From Octopus vulgaris (taxonomy: Eukaryota), in contig OX597821.1 of assembly GCA_951406725.2 (NCBI GenBank), forward strand, positions 59,024,001 to 59,088,000: a DNA stretch of 64,000 bases, read 5' to 3'. Of the stretch, positions 1 to 14,429 are shown in pieces. How positions within the stretch are numbered: position 1 is the first letter of the stretch; each line of letters starts with the position of its first letter. Under the pieces are notes generated by a model. It was not told where the DNA came from. It saw only the letters and a list, made by a program, of their open reading frames with translations, and made no database searches. A program made the position numbers and the translations under genes.

Positions 1-93
1 AATGCTTAGTAGCATTTCCTCTGGCTCTTTATGTTTTGAGTTCAAATTCTATCAAGGTCGATTTTTGCCATTCATCCTTTCAGGATCAATTAA

Positions 94-312
94 CCCTTTA
101 GCATTTAATCTAGCCATATCTTGCTCAAATATTCTGCTTATTTTATTTAAAACTGACCAGATCCAACCTCTCACACCTGCACTACAATCTCATTTTAATA
201 ATGTACAAGCACATCCTTGAAATCTTGAAGCAACAAAATAATGCATGATTGATTCAAAACAAGGTGAATAAATAAGAAATACATTTGGCAAATAAACCTG
301 ACTGCTAATGGG
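94..312 (-). mobile_element. piggyBac-type MITE (~220 bp), inserted into a SINE
   Basis: TTAA at 90-93, then CCCTTTAGCATT; the right end is degenerate (TGCTAATGGG/GTAA). It is the reverse-complement homolog of the 49070-49290 copy and interrupts a SINE-B body (GATCAAT|...|AATAAGAACCAGTTGAGC). Confidence 0.75.
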
Positions 313-354
313 GTAAATAAGAACCAGTTGAGCTCTGATACCACTGGGTATCAG

Positions 355-566
355 GTGGTGGAGGATGACAAACACACACACACACACACACCACACACTC
401 ACACACACACACCACACACTCATACAGCCTCCGTTTACCAAATTCCCTCATAAGGCATTGGTCAGTGCAAGGCAATAATAGAAGACCCTTGCCCAAGGTG
501 TTGCACAGTGGAACTGAACCCAAAACCACACGACTGCAATGCAAGCTTCTTACCCACACGGCCATG
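355..566 (-). mobile_element. tRNA-derived SINE family A, partial
   Basis: Reverse complement of the family A head (GGCCGTGTGGGTAAGAAGCTTGC...GGGTTCAGTTCCACTGTGCAACACCTTGGGCAAG) with an internal (CA)n tract. Confidence 0.75.
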
Positions 567-1317
567 TCAAATGTTTTGCTTATTTAGTCTGAGGAGAGCC
601 CATAACTTTTGCTGGTTCTCTTAAATTTGTAATATCAATGTGTTTTATGTTTAGGGTTGATGTGTATAGATGAGGACAGTTGCGTAAAGAAATACTGAGA
701 TCTAATTATGGAGGGAACCTGTGGAAGGGGTAGAGCAAAGAAGACTTGGGATAAAGTGGTGAGAAAGGATCTTTGGATGGTGGGCTTCACTGAGGAGAGG
801 ACAAAGGACCGGGAGTTGTGGTGATTTACTGTACTTTATAAGATGCATCAAGCTAAGTAAAACCAGTCTTCCACACATGCAGGCTTGGTCTTTCAGGTGC
901 CAATGCCACATAAAAAGCACCCATGTGGGTGCTACATTAATGCATCTGTGCTGGTGCTGCATAAGCACACCTGTGACAGTGACATGTAAAAGCACCCAGC
1001 ACACTCAGTTAAGTGGTTGGCATTAGGAAGGGCATCCAGCTGTAGAAACCATGCCTCAACAGACAGTTGGAGTTAAGACAGATCCATGTCGAACCATCCA
1101 ACCCAAGCGGACGTTAAATGATGATGATTTGTAAGTGAAGAAAAACATGGGTAGGGTGCAAGGGGAGGGGATTTCAGCTCTGAATAGGAAGAACTGTGCA
1201 ATGCATTAGTGTGGAGATGGTGGGGAGGATGAGAGGCAGATGAATCAAATGAGATGGATGAAGAACTTGTTTCTCTTGCTGTGAGGGAAAATAAAATAAA
1301 AGTTACACACTACAAAC

Positions 1318-1810
1318 ATGGGCATGGCTGTGAGGATAAGAAGTTTGCTTCCCAACCACATGGTTCCGGGTTCAGATCCACTGCATGGCACCTTGGGCAA
1401 GTTTCTTCTACTATAGACCCAGGTCAACTAAAGCTTTGGGAGTGGATTTTGTAGAAGATGCCTGTCATATGTGTGTGTGTGTGTATGTGTGTGTGTGTGT
1501 ACCCGTGCATGCATGCGTGTGTGCGCATGTGTATGTGTGTGTGCATGTGAGAGTGCATGTGAATGTGCACGTGTGCACGTATGTGTGTCTGCATGTGTAT
1601 ATGTACATGTTTGTGTGTGTGTCTCTGTGTATGTTTGTGTGAGTGTATATGTACATGTGTGTAACTTAACAGTTCAGCAAAAGAGTGTGATAAAATAAGT
1701 ACCAGGTTTATTGAACAAAGTACTGGCGTTAATTTATTCAACTAAAACTCTTGAAGGTAGTAGGTGCCCCAGCATGACCACAATCCAAATGATTGAATTA
1801 AGTTAAAAGA
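1318..1810 (+). mobile_element. tRNA-derived SINE family A
   Basis: A/B-box-like head (TGGCTGTGAGG...GGTTCAGATCC), GGCACCTTGGGCAAG core, internal (TG)n tract and CCCAGCATGACCACA tail. Confidence 0.8.
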
Positions 1811-2480
1811 AAAAAAAAAAGACTACAGTAAAAATATTAAGGCTTGCTAATGTCTTCAGCCATTTACGTTTCCTTCTCACACATCCATCAGTCAAATGTA
1901 TTTATCAAAAGGAATTTGTAATATTAATCAAACCTCACTGTTAGTGTGATTGCTTTGGTAGCAATTTCTTCAAATAACACTTCCTTTGTATAAATACATT
2001 CGCTTTAAATTGGTTGAATGGGCTCAGTGTGTGTGTGTGTGTGAGAGAGAGGGAGAGAGTGTGTGTGAGAGAGAGACAGAGAGAGAGTGTGTGTGTGTGT
2101 ATATGTGTTGTACATATGCTCTAATTGGTAACTGTTTGTAATGGAATTTAAAATACATTAACATATTCTTTTTTTATCTTTGAGAATCAAATCCGAAACC
2201 AGATTGGATATCATCACAGTTTTTTTTTCTATTTCTTTTTCTAAACTCATGACTGGTTTCTTGTAGTAAGTATTAGGAACTTACTACTAATCAATACACA
2301 CACACACACACATGAGTAATATTCGTAGCCACTTCAAGATGGCTCTCTGTTTGAACAGACTGTACTGCGATTTTTTAACCCTAAGAGGACATCTCTTCTA
2401 GCTGGTTAACAATGCAGAGCTGCATCCGATAAATTGTGAGCAGGGGAGCGAACCCCTACCACCTTCTAGCGAGGGAACCA

Positions 2481-2546
2481 GTAGACCAGACCTGGTTTCA
2501 GGCTGTTTCTGCCACTCTCCGGTACTGGACACCTCGTCTGCTAGAG
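2481..2546 (-). ncRNA. degenerate hammerhead-like motif inside a ~270 bp GC-richer element (2312-2582)
   Basis: Minus strand reads CAGACGA-ggtgt...acagcct-GAAA-ccag gt ctgg-UC. The core has U4>A and helix I is poor. Confidence 0.3.
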
Positions 2547-2582
2547 ATGGCAGTAGCTTGCCTCTGCTCGCAATATCGACTG

Positions 2583-2628
<46 letters not shown>

Positions 2629-2744
2629 TGACGTCTTTATTCAAGGCGATGCCCCAGCATGACCACAGTAAAACTACTGGAGCAAGGAAAAGAAGATATA
2701 TATTCTTTTATGCTTTTATGTTTCATCCCTAAGGCTGTGGCCAT

Positions 2745-3245
2745 GATGGAGCCCCACCAGTATGATCACCTTTTCAATGGCTAATCTTATGTGATTGGCT
2801 TTTGATGAAGGAGGGAGTCCGACACTGCTGCACTCTTTTGAGTTTCCAGACTTGATATTGGTTCATCTGGGACCTTGGATAGCAAGAGGTCAAGTTGTTT
2901 CTTGAAAACATCTACCCCTACTCCATGAAGATCCCGCATATGTTTTAGGAAGGCATTAAATAGTTGTGGACCCTTTAATCCCAAGTTATTGTAGTACATG
3001 GTCTTCACTCTAGACGAGATAGCTGGGAACTTTGGAACAGTGCAGTGACATCCTGTTCAGAGGCTGGCATAGCTTACAATACCAAAGTTTGGTGCCAGCC
3101 CCTCCAGGATCTCCTGTACACATCTCACTGCATACCTCTCCCGCCTTCCCTCCAGGGAATAGAGTCATAGCTCTTTCAGTCTCAACCAGTAGCTCAGCTG
3201 TTCCATTGATGCAATCTTCTTGGTTTAGCACTGCTGAACTGCTTC
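2745..3245 (-). mobile_element. 3' fragment of a CR1/Jockey-group LINE (RT C-terminal region), degraded
   Basis: Minus-strand translation across frameshifts gives ..LYSLEGRRERYAV..ILEGLAPNFGI.. and GPQLFNAFLKHMRDLHGVGVDVFKKQLDLLLSKVPDEP, typical of LINE ORF2 C-termini. Confidence 0.75.
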
Positions 3246-3414
3246 AAGTTCTGCTATTATACATGCATACATACATAAATACATACATACAAATGTTCAT
3301 ACATACATACACACATATGTAAACACACACACACACACAGATGTACATATATAGATTAATGCATATGCACACACATGTATACTTGTGTGTGTGTGTAGAT
3401 ATATTTATATATGT

Positions 3415-3805
3415 AGGTGCAGGCTTGATTGTATGGTAAGAAGCTTGCTTCCCAACCACATGGTTCCAGGTTCAGTCCCATTGTGTGGTACTTTGGGCAA
3501 GTGTCTTCTACTATAGCTTCAGGTTGACCAAAGGCTTGTGAGTGGATTTGGTTGACGGAAACTGAAAGAAGCCCGTCATATGTGTGTGTGAGTGTGTATT
3601 TGTGTGTCTGTGTTTGCCCCCCCCATCACTTGACAACCAATGTTGGTGCATTTATGTCCCTGTAACTTAGCGGTTCGACAAAAGAGACCGATAGAATAAG
3701 TAGTAAGCTCACAAAGAATAAGTCCTGAGATTGATTTATTCGACGTAATTGCTGCAGCATGGCCGCAGTCAGACGACTGACATAAGCAAAAGAATAAAAG
3801 AATAA
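3415..3805 (+). mobile_element. tRNA-derived SINE family A
   Basis: Full head, core and tail (GTAACTTAGCGGTTCGACAAAAGAGACCGATAGAATAAG...CAGCATGGCCGCAGTC). Confidence 0.85.
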
Positions 3806-3889
3806 AAACGTATGCATGTGTATTGGCACACCGTTACATATGTATGAATATGAATACACACATACATACTAGAATGAATATACATACAT

Positions 3890-4285
3890 TGGTTTCAAAT
3901 TTTGACTCAACAACAGCAATTTTGGGGGAGGGGATACGTTAATTACATCGACCCCCTGTACTCCACTGATGCTTATTTTATTGATCCCAAAATGATGAAA
4001 GGCAAAGTTGACCTCGGTGGAATTTAAACTCAGAACATAAAGAGGACAAAATGCCACTAAGCATTTCGCCCAGCATGCTAACAATTCCACCAGTTTGCCA
4101 CCTTGATAGATACACATATATTCTTTTCTACTCTAGGCACCAGGCCTGAAATTTTGGGGGAGGGGGCCAGTCAATTAGATCGACTCCAGTACACAACTGG
4201 TACTTAATTTGCCAACCCTGAAAGGACAAAAGGCAAAGTCGACTTCAGCAGAATTTGAACTCAGAACGTAAAGAAAGACAAAATA
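3890..4285 (-). mobile_element. two tandem SINE family B copies
   Basis: Two reverse-complement copies of GAGTTCAAATTC..GTCGACTTTGCCTTT..GTACCAG..CCCCCAAAATT. Confidence 0.8.
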
Positions 4286-4519
4286 AATATACATATATTA
4301 ACATGTACATGCGTGTTCACATACATGATAACATTTTCAATAAAACATTGACCTGCTCTAGCCATAGCTACAACCATGAAAGCTGTGTCTCAGTCACACG
4401 GAAGACATGAATAAATTCTATATTCCTTGCATTTTCATCCAATGCTGTATGAGAAATTGGAAATTATTTGTTTATTTATTTATTTATTTATTGTTTAATT
4501 TAGTTGGAGAAGGCAAAAA

Positions 4520-4745
4520 CCTCATGCATGACCTTTATAGCCCCACCACTCCTTGACTGGTGGTGTTGAAGCAATTAATGTTGGGTTGAAACCTTCATAT
4601 ACACTGTATGAGAAATGTTGAATGGGAGAGGAGAGCTTCACAGAGATCTCCAGTCTGGAAAGAAAGGATTGAGAGAATTCTTTCATACAGGATTTGTGGA
4701 ATGAGGCACAGTACAGAGAATGAAAGAGGTTGGGACGTGAAATGG
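4520..4745 (-). mobile_element. possible degraded LINE 3' end
   Basis: Purine-rich, GC-elevated block beside a (TTTA)n tract. The translation only loosely resembles a LINE ORF2 C-terminus. Confidence 0.35.
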
Positions 4746-6123
4746 ACATGGGCAGTGAAAGTAGATATGTGACTTAGTGGTCAGGCTGTTGCATTCGTGA
4801 TTGAAGGATCATAGTTTTGATTCCTGGGTAGTGAGGCATGTTTTGTTCATTTCACATTGCTCCATTCCACTCAGCTGTGAATGAGCAACTCTGTGACTGG
4901 CCGGTGTCTCATCCAGGGGGAATCTTTGTTATCTTAGTCACTTATATGCCATGGAAACTGGGCAACTGACCATATGAGTCTTAGGATTTGAGGCATTAAT
5001 GTCCAGAGATTGACATCAGCAGTGGCAGTGGCTGCAGTTGCAGAGATGGATCCGGTGGTGGTTGCTGCTGCTGTTGTGGTGGTGGTGGTGGAAGATTTGT
5101 AGTGACCAGAAAGACGTGAGGTGATTGAAGCTTGTTAGATGTGTAGTGTTAATGTAGGTAGCTAGCAAGGCCCAAGTGACCTGGGAGAAGAGCTAAGCAT
5201 GAAAGGCATCAATTGGTGTATTTAGGAGATATTACTGTAATGGCATGAACTCATGGTGTGAATGGGTATGGGGTGGGTGAACAATTGCTGTATATTGACA
5301 ATGATATTCATGGCAGAATAACATCGAGGAAGATGTGGAAAGAAGTGAAGAGGTTAGGATGAAGTTAATTTCACAGATGAATTAGCACAAAAAAGAAAAA
5401 AGAAAATGGCAAGATGAGTGGCTATATGCTTGACAACAGAAACATTTAATGTATACCAGCTTACACTTAATCACTCTTTCCTGTCTCAAAGAAAAAAAAA
5501 AGGATGGATGGTCAAGGCTGGTATGCTTATGATCAGGCCTGACCCGGAGACTGAGGACCATAAATTTTATCATTACTATTTCATCATCAGTCAGGCGCCC
5601 TCCTTGTGCCCAGGGCTCAGCTTGCCTCCAGTTCCTTCTGTGTTGTGCTATATGTATACAATCAACCAGGCTCTTGTTTCCAGTCCATTCTTTGATGCCA
5701 TTATGATGGCCTTGGTCAGTGTTTTGTGGCATGTCATATGTTCAAAATATGATAGCTTTGTAGGCTTGATTTTCAATTATATTTGTCTTTGTGCTTTTAG
5801 CTTTTATTGTACTGCAGCATTTGTTGTCCTGTCTTTCCAGCTTATTCTGCCCATTCTGTGAAAGATCCAAGATCTACATCTCATGGGCTTCTATCTTCTC
5901 CATTGCTTAATACTGATAAAAGCTGTAAGGTGGTGGAGATGATAAATACCAATTGAGCACTAGGGTTGATATAATTAACTTACCTGTTTCCTTGAAATTA
6001 CTGGCCTTGAACTAGATTCTTATCAAATGCCTTAGGACTTAAAACTTGATAACATTAACTTTGACCTCATCCTTTTTCTCTTTCCTTCATACATGTCTTC
6101 AAATTTTATATTAATTGACTTAA

Positions 6124-6877
<754 letters not shown>

Positions 6878-7815
6878 TTAAATTATTTCCTTCTTTACTG
6901 AAAGTAACAAACCTTACATAGTTTCACACTACCACTGCTAGATTTTTAGGTGCTTTTAATAGAGTTCACATTGTTGCAGCCATTTGACACACCACTCCCT
7001 ACCATTCCTACACACACAAACACACTCACACACACAAACATACACATGCAGGCATTGACCTGCAGACGATTAGTGCGGGCATCAACCACATCAATTTCAC
7101 CTTTTCTGGGAGTGCATGCAAAGGTCAAGGACACTGCCACTATTGCTTCTCTTCTGACTAATATAGAAAGCCAGTGAGCAAATGAAGGTCACTCAACTTG
7201 TTAGAAATAGCAACCAAATCTTCATGAACTGAACCATTTACAGTAGGTATAGTCCCTTGATACATTATGTCAGAAAATATGGGGGATCTAGTTAGTTTCA
7301 TTCACAAAATGAGCCCCCTTTAATTTTGCTCAGATTGCTTTCAGTTTTGGTGTACCAATGCAACTCTGAATTTTGATTACAATTAACCAATTACTTTATC
7401 TCATAATTTAAAGAATCTGATGTTATCTGGAATTAAAGTTGGGTAATTTTAGCCAATCAACAGACAGCGTGGCATTGGCAGTTTGTTACCATGACTACCA
7501 CACACTGTGCTGTGTTTCACTTCACCTGCATCTGTGCCGCACATTATTCTGTATTGATTCTTCACATCACAAGATTCTTCTCATCTGCGTGTTTTGTTTT
7601 AATTTTTCTGTGTTAGTATATTACATATTTTTCTGTGCTTTTTTTTTTTTTGTCTGTTAGTATTTTTACATATTTTTCATTTCATATAATTTTCATACAG
7701 GTATTCTTTTTCTTGGGACAAATTCTTTGTTGACCAGTGTTATTCTTATCGTAGTTTACAAATCCAAGCATGAAAATGTTACTTGACTTTGGAGTTTTGG
7801 AGACAGATGCCCCCT

Positions 7816-7846
<31 letters not shown>

Positions 7847-9427
7847 TGCACTTATATATTAATGATGTACACAAATACATGACAGGTATACATAATACTG
7901 TAATATGCATAAAGTAAACTCATGCAGACAAATATATTAATATAACAACTTTAAAAAAATAATAAAAACATGCAATAAATGAAGAGACAAAATAATAAAA
8001 ACACAAAAGGAACAGTAAGATGATACATGTTGATTTTATTTGGTATATCTGTTTATTTAGAAACCTACAATGAACAGGTCATTTCACAGACACTAAACTG
8101 TAAACTTCACAGGGTACAACCTTAGAGTTGACACTGCTCCACTAAACTCAGAAAATTTCTATCTCGCTATTGGCTAAAAATACACAGTTTTTTCGATTTT
8201 TAAGCTTCTGTACCTTTTTCCTCCAATTTTTTTCACCACAATATTATACTTTCATAGCAATAAGACTGGAAACCTACATTATTATAGTTAATTTTCAGAT
8301 TTTTTACTTCCTTTTAGGAAATGCATATTTTGTGAATCAGTTTAACTAGATCCAATGTTGGACAGCCAAAGCTAGAATACTTTAATAAAAGTTTCATGAT
8401 AAAAAAAAAAAATTGATTGTAAGTAATATAGAAAATACTGCAATTTCAATCATAATGTATTTCTGTTCCAGACTGAATTAAAATCTAGTAGTTTTTGCTA
8501 TCTGTCTGTCTGTCTCTGTCTTTCTGCCACTCTCTCTCATTAGTTTTGCAACATTTATAAGCTATATGCTGTTTCACATTTTCTAAGGTCTCTCAAGTTT
8601 TGAGACCTAAGTTGCTGAAAATCAGTTGCCCAATTAATAGGTGGGAATGTCTAAGTCGTCTCCTCCTACACACACACACGTGCCAACTCAACTCCGTATA
8701 CTCTCCTACCTTTGACCAAGCTAAAAAGAACAAAAAAGAAGCATCAAAAGTTGGAAAAGTTACACCACCACCAACTTACTAAATAAAGAAATAGCTTACT
8801 TTCCAGTTGACCTAATCTCAATTGACTTCTCTCTAACTCTGAGCATTTGTGACTTGAAATTTCCTTTTGAATCAACAAACTGAGCTCCAAGCCTCTAGCC
8901 TTAGGCAATAACAGTCTTGTTTTCTCTTCTTTTTTTTAATATATATATATTTTTTAATCATATTTAAATATATAGTTTTTTTTAATTCCTTTTACCAGAA
9001 TTGCTAGTAAGTTGTAACACAATCTGCATTGCTACTGTTAACTGTGCAATTCAAAGCTGTTTTGTATATATAGCATAATGGTATTCTGCTGGCTTGCATT
9101 ACCGGCTTTTGCAATCTGGGTGCAGAATTATGGAAGGATATTAATTACAGTGAAGTTTTGGATTAATTACTCAGACTATATTATTAGGTTTATATGGCAA
9201 ACCAGATTGGAGCTGGGACTAATATTCACAGCCATCCCACCCATTTCAGCTTGGTTTTCAAACTATATTAGTTTATGTGTAAACAGATATTCAATTTCTA
9301 TTTCTTCTTTCTTTCTTTCTTTCTTTCTTTCTTTTTGTAATATATCATTTGGTTTGATTTAAAGAATTATATTAATTTTAAAATATTTTGTTTTCAGTGT
9401 TCTGACCATTGCTTTCTGCTCTTAGCA

Positions 9428-9441
9428 GTTGCCATAGCAAC
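9428..9441. promoter_or_regulatory. RFX X-box motif GTTGCCATAGCAAC
   Basis: Full match to the GTTRCCATRGYAAC consensus in non-repeat sequence; function untested. Confidence 0.45.
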
Positions 9442-9484
9442 AGTTGTAGTTAGATTTGTTCTGCTGAATATCTTCTATTGTTAC

Positions 9485-9885
9485 CTTTTACTTGTTTCTG
9501 TCATTGGATTGTGGCCATACTGGGGCACCTCCCTGAAGGGTTTTAGTCAAACATATCAACCAGAGTGCTTACTTTTTTTTAAGTGTTGTGCTTATTGTAC
9601 CATTCTCTTTCGTTGAAACGCTTAGTTGTGGGGACGTAAACAGACCAACACCAATTGACAAGTGGTGGGTTAAACACATATTACACGCACATGTGCACAC
9701 ACACACACACACACACACTCACACACACAAATCTTCCACTGAGTTTTCATTTACCAAATCCATTCACAAGGCCTTGGTTGGCCTTCAGCTATAGCAGGAG
9801 ACATTTGCCCAAGGTGCCACACAGTGGGAGTGAACCTGAGACTACATGTTGGGAAGTAAACTTCGTAACCATACAGCCACAACTG
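9485..9885 (-). mobile_element. SINE family A
   Basis: Reverse complement of head, core and tail, with internal (CA)n. Confidence 0.75.
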
Positions 9886-11184
9886 CACTTATATTTCCTG
9901 TGTAATTTCTTATAAAATTCCCAAATTTCTGTAATATTTTTGATTTGCTCCATGAATTTAAACAATTTCAAAAATTTAGAAGAGTTAAATTGGTGTTCAT
10001 TAGTTGCCAGAACAAAAATTAAAATAATTAGACTTTGATGAAAATCATTAATGTAAACTGTTTTGGATATGCTGTTGGTTTTGTTTGTTATTGTCATTTA
10101 GCTCTAGATCAGTTCTGAAATCTCTGCACACCAAGTCCTTTTAAGGGTATCTATGAATATGCCATCTATCCCTTTCTAAAACAGAGATTTGGCTTCTATT
10201 TCTAGCTATTCAGGCTCTCTTGTTGTTGACTCATTTGACCTTGTACTAAAGTTTTAGTGATTAACAGTTATCATAGTTGGGGTTGATGAAATAAACCTTA
10301 AAATAAGGTTTGTTAGGTTGCTGCTATAAAGTAACAGAAGTTATCGGATGAAGTTTACAGACCTAGGGGCAAGTGTGGTTGTAGTAAGAAGTTTGCTTTC
10401 CAACCACAACCCACATGGTTCCAGGTTCAGTCCCACTGTGTAGCATATTGGGCAAGTGTTTTCTACTATAGCCACAGGCCAGTCAAGGCCTTGTGGGTGA
10501 ATTTAGTAGACAGAAACTGAAAATAGCCTGTTGTGTGTGCCTGTGCATCTGTGATACTTTGACTTTACATGATTGCTGTAAATGAGTGTCACTGTCAAAT
10601 TAGCAGTGTCCTTCATTTCCAATCTTCTCTGGAGACATATCTGGTCATGGGAAAAGGTTAACTTGCTTGGAAGCAGATGAAGATTGATAACAAGAAGGGC
10701 ATCCAATTGTAGAGATTCTGCCTTAACAAATTCCATCCAACACATGAGAGAGTAGTAAAACGGATATTAAAATGATGATGATGATGATTTAATTTCATGA
10801 ATTAAATTAAATTACTTGAGTACTTTTTGAATCAGATATTGTTAGAACTACCATCTTTAGAAGAGTCTCTTCATTTTAAGTGCATCTTTAGAGGAAACAA
10901 AAGATCTGATTAGATGCATTGTAGAACTAACTACTTTAAATCCAATCCAATTACTGAAGTTATGGAATTCTAATAAACGTTATTTTCATATGGAGCCTAC
11001 CGCAGGACAGACAGCTCAATAAAGCTGAATAAAATTGACCGTTTGTAAGAGTTGGATATAATGCGATGCTTTAAATTGTTTATATTTATTTTCATTTCTA
11101 TGGCTTCAGGAAAAACTAAACAAACTTGCATCTTGGTTTATGCTGAAATGCAGTTGAATATGTCACAAGAACTGCATGTATGTA

Positions 11185-11238
<54 letters not shown>

Positions 11239-11728
11239 CACACATATATGCATATACACATACATACATATATATATATTGGTTACTTTACATCTAGTCT
11301 TAGCTGTTTGCTATCTTACTAGCTTGCCTTCACTTCTCTCCTCACTTTCCTTCTTCCACTGATGTAATTTATAACCATGGTAGTTTTTTGGGTTTTTTTA
11401 GCTTTTGTTTTGTTTTAAAATATCTTTTTTCCAAGCAATGACTTGAGGGAATATTTTGTATACACTAACGTATTGAAGATTCAATATCTGTCCGTCTGTC
11501 TTGGACCAGCTCTGTATGGGAATTCCATAATTCAGTATCAGATGTCTTACTTTTGTGATTTTGTTTATGATTCAGATGTTTTTTACAAAGTTAAATAATT
11601 TCAAATAGAAGACATTCTTTTTCTTTTTGCAGCCAGCTTGTGTTTCATATTCTCAGAATATTAGGAAAATAAATATCTATCTGAATTTTAGGTTTCTTCT
11701 TGGTTTTGGCATATTATTTTTATCGTCC

Positions 11729-11778
<50 letters not shown>

Positions 11779-11861
11779 CATGTTTGTGTGTGTGTATATA
11801 TACACACACACACATACATACATATATGTATACATGCACACATGTGCATAAGTACACACAC

Positions 11862-11908
<47 letters not shown>

Positions 11909-12308
11909 CACACATACGTGTACATACATATATATGTATATAGTCTTAAATTTTTTAATTTTTATAGCAGTTGTTGTTGCTTTCTACATTTTCGTCTTAG
12001 CATGCATCAAATATCAGAAATCTATCTATCCTGATTCACTGGGGTAAAGGAAGAATGAAGCTTTAGTGGGGTGGTGGCAGCATGTTGGTGGTGGGGGAGT
12101 GGTGACAGTAGTGTTAAGGGAGCAGTGTGTGGAGATGGGAGGGGTTGAGAACTGTCGCTTCATCTTTCATTGACTGACATAATAATAATAATAATAATAA
12201 TATCTTTTATTTTCCACTAGGATGTCAGATGAGGAGGACAGTACAAAGACAGACATAGAATGTGAAGGATTTACATAGAATCAACTGATTAAAGATAAAA
12301 ATAATAGC

Positions 12309-12338
<30 letters not shown>

Positions 12339-12339
<1 letters not shown>

Positions 12340-13408
12340 GTTTCAGATTTTGACACAAGGCCAGCAGTTTTCATGGGAGCATAAAGTTGATTATATTGAC
12401 CCTGGAGCTCAACTGGTACTCAATCTATCAACCTTGAAAGGATGAAAGGCAAAATCAGCCTTAGTGGAATTTGAACTCAGTAATAATAATAATGATAATA
12501 ATCATTCTTTCTAATTTTCGCACAAGGCTAGCAGTTTCAAGGGGAAGGGGTTAGTTGATTATGTCAACCCCAGTGCATAACTGGTACTTATTTTATTGAC
12601 CCTGAAAGGGTGAAAGAAAAAGTAGACCATGGCAGAATTTGAACCCAAGACGAAATGCCACCATGTGTTGTGTCTGGTGTGCTAACAATTCTGCCAGCTC
12701 ACTGCCTTTTGCTCAAATATTAATATCATCATCATTGTCATCATCATTTAAAGTCCACTTTCCATGCTGGCATGGGTTGGACGGTATGATTGAAAACTGG
12801 TGAACTGGGGAGCTACACCAAGTTTCAATCTGATTTGGCAGGGTTTCTACAGCTGGATGCCCTTCTTAACACCAACCACTCCAAGAGTGTAGTGGGTGCT
12901 TTTTACGTACCACTGGCTTGGTTTCAAAATTTGGCAGAAGACTAGCATTTTCTGGGTAGGGGTAAGAACAATTCCATCAACCCCACTGTTCAACTGACAC
13001 TTATTTTATCGACCCTGAAACGATGAAAGGCAAAGTTGACCTGGTGGAATTTGAACTCAGAACATAAAAACAAACAAAATGCTTAGTGGTGTTTTGTCTG
13101 GCATGCTAACAATTCTCTCAGCTCACCACCTTCTACTGAAATAATGATAATAATAATAAGAAGAAGAAGAAGAAGATGAAGAATCCTTTTTACTAAAGGC
13201 ACAATGCCTGAAATCTGTGGGGTTGGTGGTGGTAGGGGCGGCTAGTCAATTACATCGAACTCAGTGTTTCACTGGTACTTAATTTTATTGACCCTGAAAG
13301 GCTGAAAAGCAAAGTCGACCTCGGCTGAAGTCAGAATGTAACGACAAACAAAATACCACTAAACATTTTGTCCGGCATGCTAACAATTCTGCCAGCTCAC
13401 CACCCTCC

Positions 13409-13410
<2 letters not shown>
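12339..13410 (-). mobile_element. cluster of four SINE-B copies separated by (TAA)n, plus an RTE-tail-like repeat
   Basis: Repeated AACTGGTACTT..ACCCTGAAAG..GAAAGGCAAA..GAATTTGAAC units at about 12339, 12505, 12920 and 13185, with (AAT)n runs between them. Confidence 0.8.
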
Positions 13411-13454
<44 letters not shown>

Positions 13455-14429
13455 TAATAATAATAAATATTTCTCAGATCTTAGGTGGATGTAGTTACAC
13501 CGTCCTTAACAATCCTGCCATACTGCCTGATATTCTTGGAACTGACACTTGGAGCTGGAGATTAAATAGAAATCATTCCTGTCTCTCACACGAAAAATTT
13601 AAATCCTACCAACTGTTTACTTTCTCTATAACCAATAGTCTGACTGACTTTCCCATGGCAGCTCTTCCACATAAACACAATGACTATTTCTGCTGCCGTT
13701 GCTACTAGTTACTGGTGAATGTTTGTATGTATCATGGATTAACTTTCAAAATGCCTCTCATGTTGTACAAGGGACACATCAGAAATACCACCGCATTCTT
13801 TTGGATATTATATCTTCCCAGCCTAACTAATCTGACCAAATTATTTGTTTGCATTTTTATATTTCCAATTTAGCTAGCTCTACAGTGTCAATAGGACTGA
13901 TTTTAGGAATAAACAGCATTTACATTTACTTATTCCCAAAATATACATAAATAGATGGGTGTGATTAATTTTTCCCACCCAGCTCTCCTCGTTAATAATC
14001 TGAGAAACTTCGTTTTGTTCGTGTATTTGAATATCTTCAGCAACAGTTGTTTGGTAAACATATTTTGTGTGTGTATGTGTGTGTTCGTGTGTGTTTGTGT
14101 TTGCAATGTTGCTGTGATTTATTCCTAAAATCAGTCCTGATTGAGCAGACTTTCCATATTCACATGGGATTCAGTCTAACAATGGCTGGTTAAAATTGGA
14201 ATTTATTTCCATACTAACAATCATTAATTAATAGTTAATATGGAAACACTATTTGATTTTTTATGAGGCAGACATTATAAAAGGCACAACTATTAGTCAG
14301 TTGTAGGTCCCAGTAGTCCCCTGTGGTCTGTTTACAAAATTGCTGTTAGATGACCAGCTAGCCCTCTCATTGGAAAAGGACAAGACTCTATTTAAGACTT
14401 GATTATTATTATTAGAGATTTTACATTGA

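Noticed and set aside
5572-5592. Minus-strand CTGATGA-T-GAAA minimal hammerhead
   Set aside because: No helix II or helix I support; explained by a (CAT)n-like low-complexity run.
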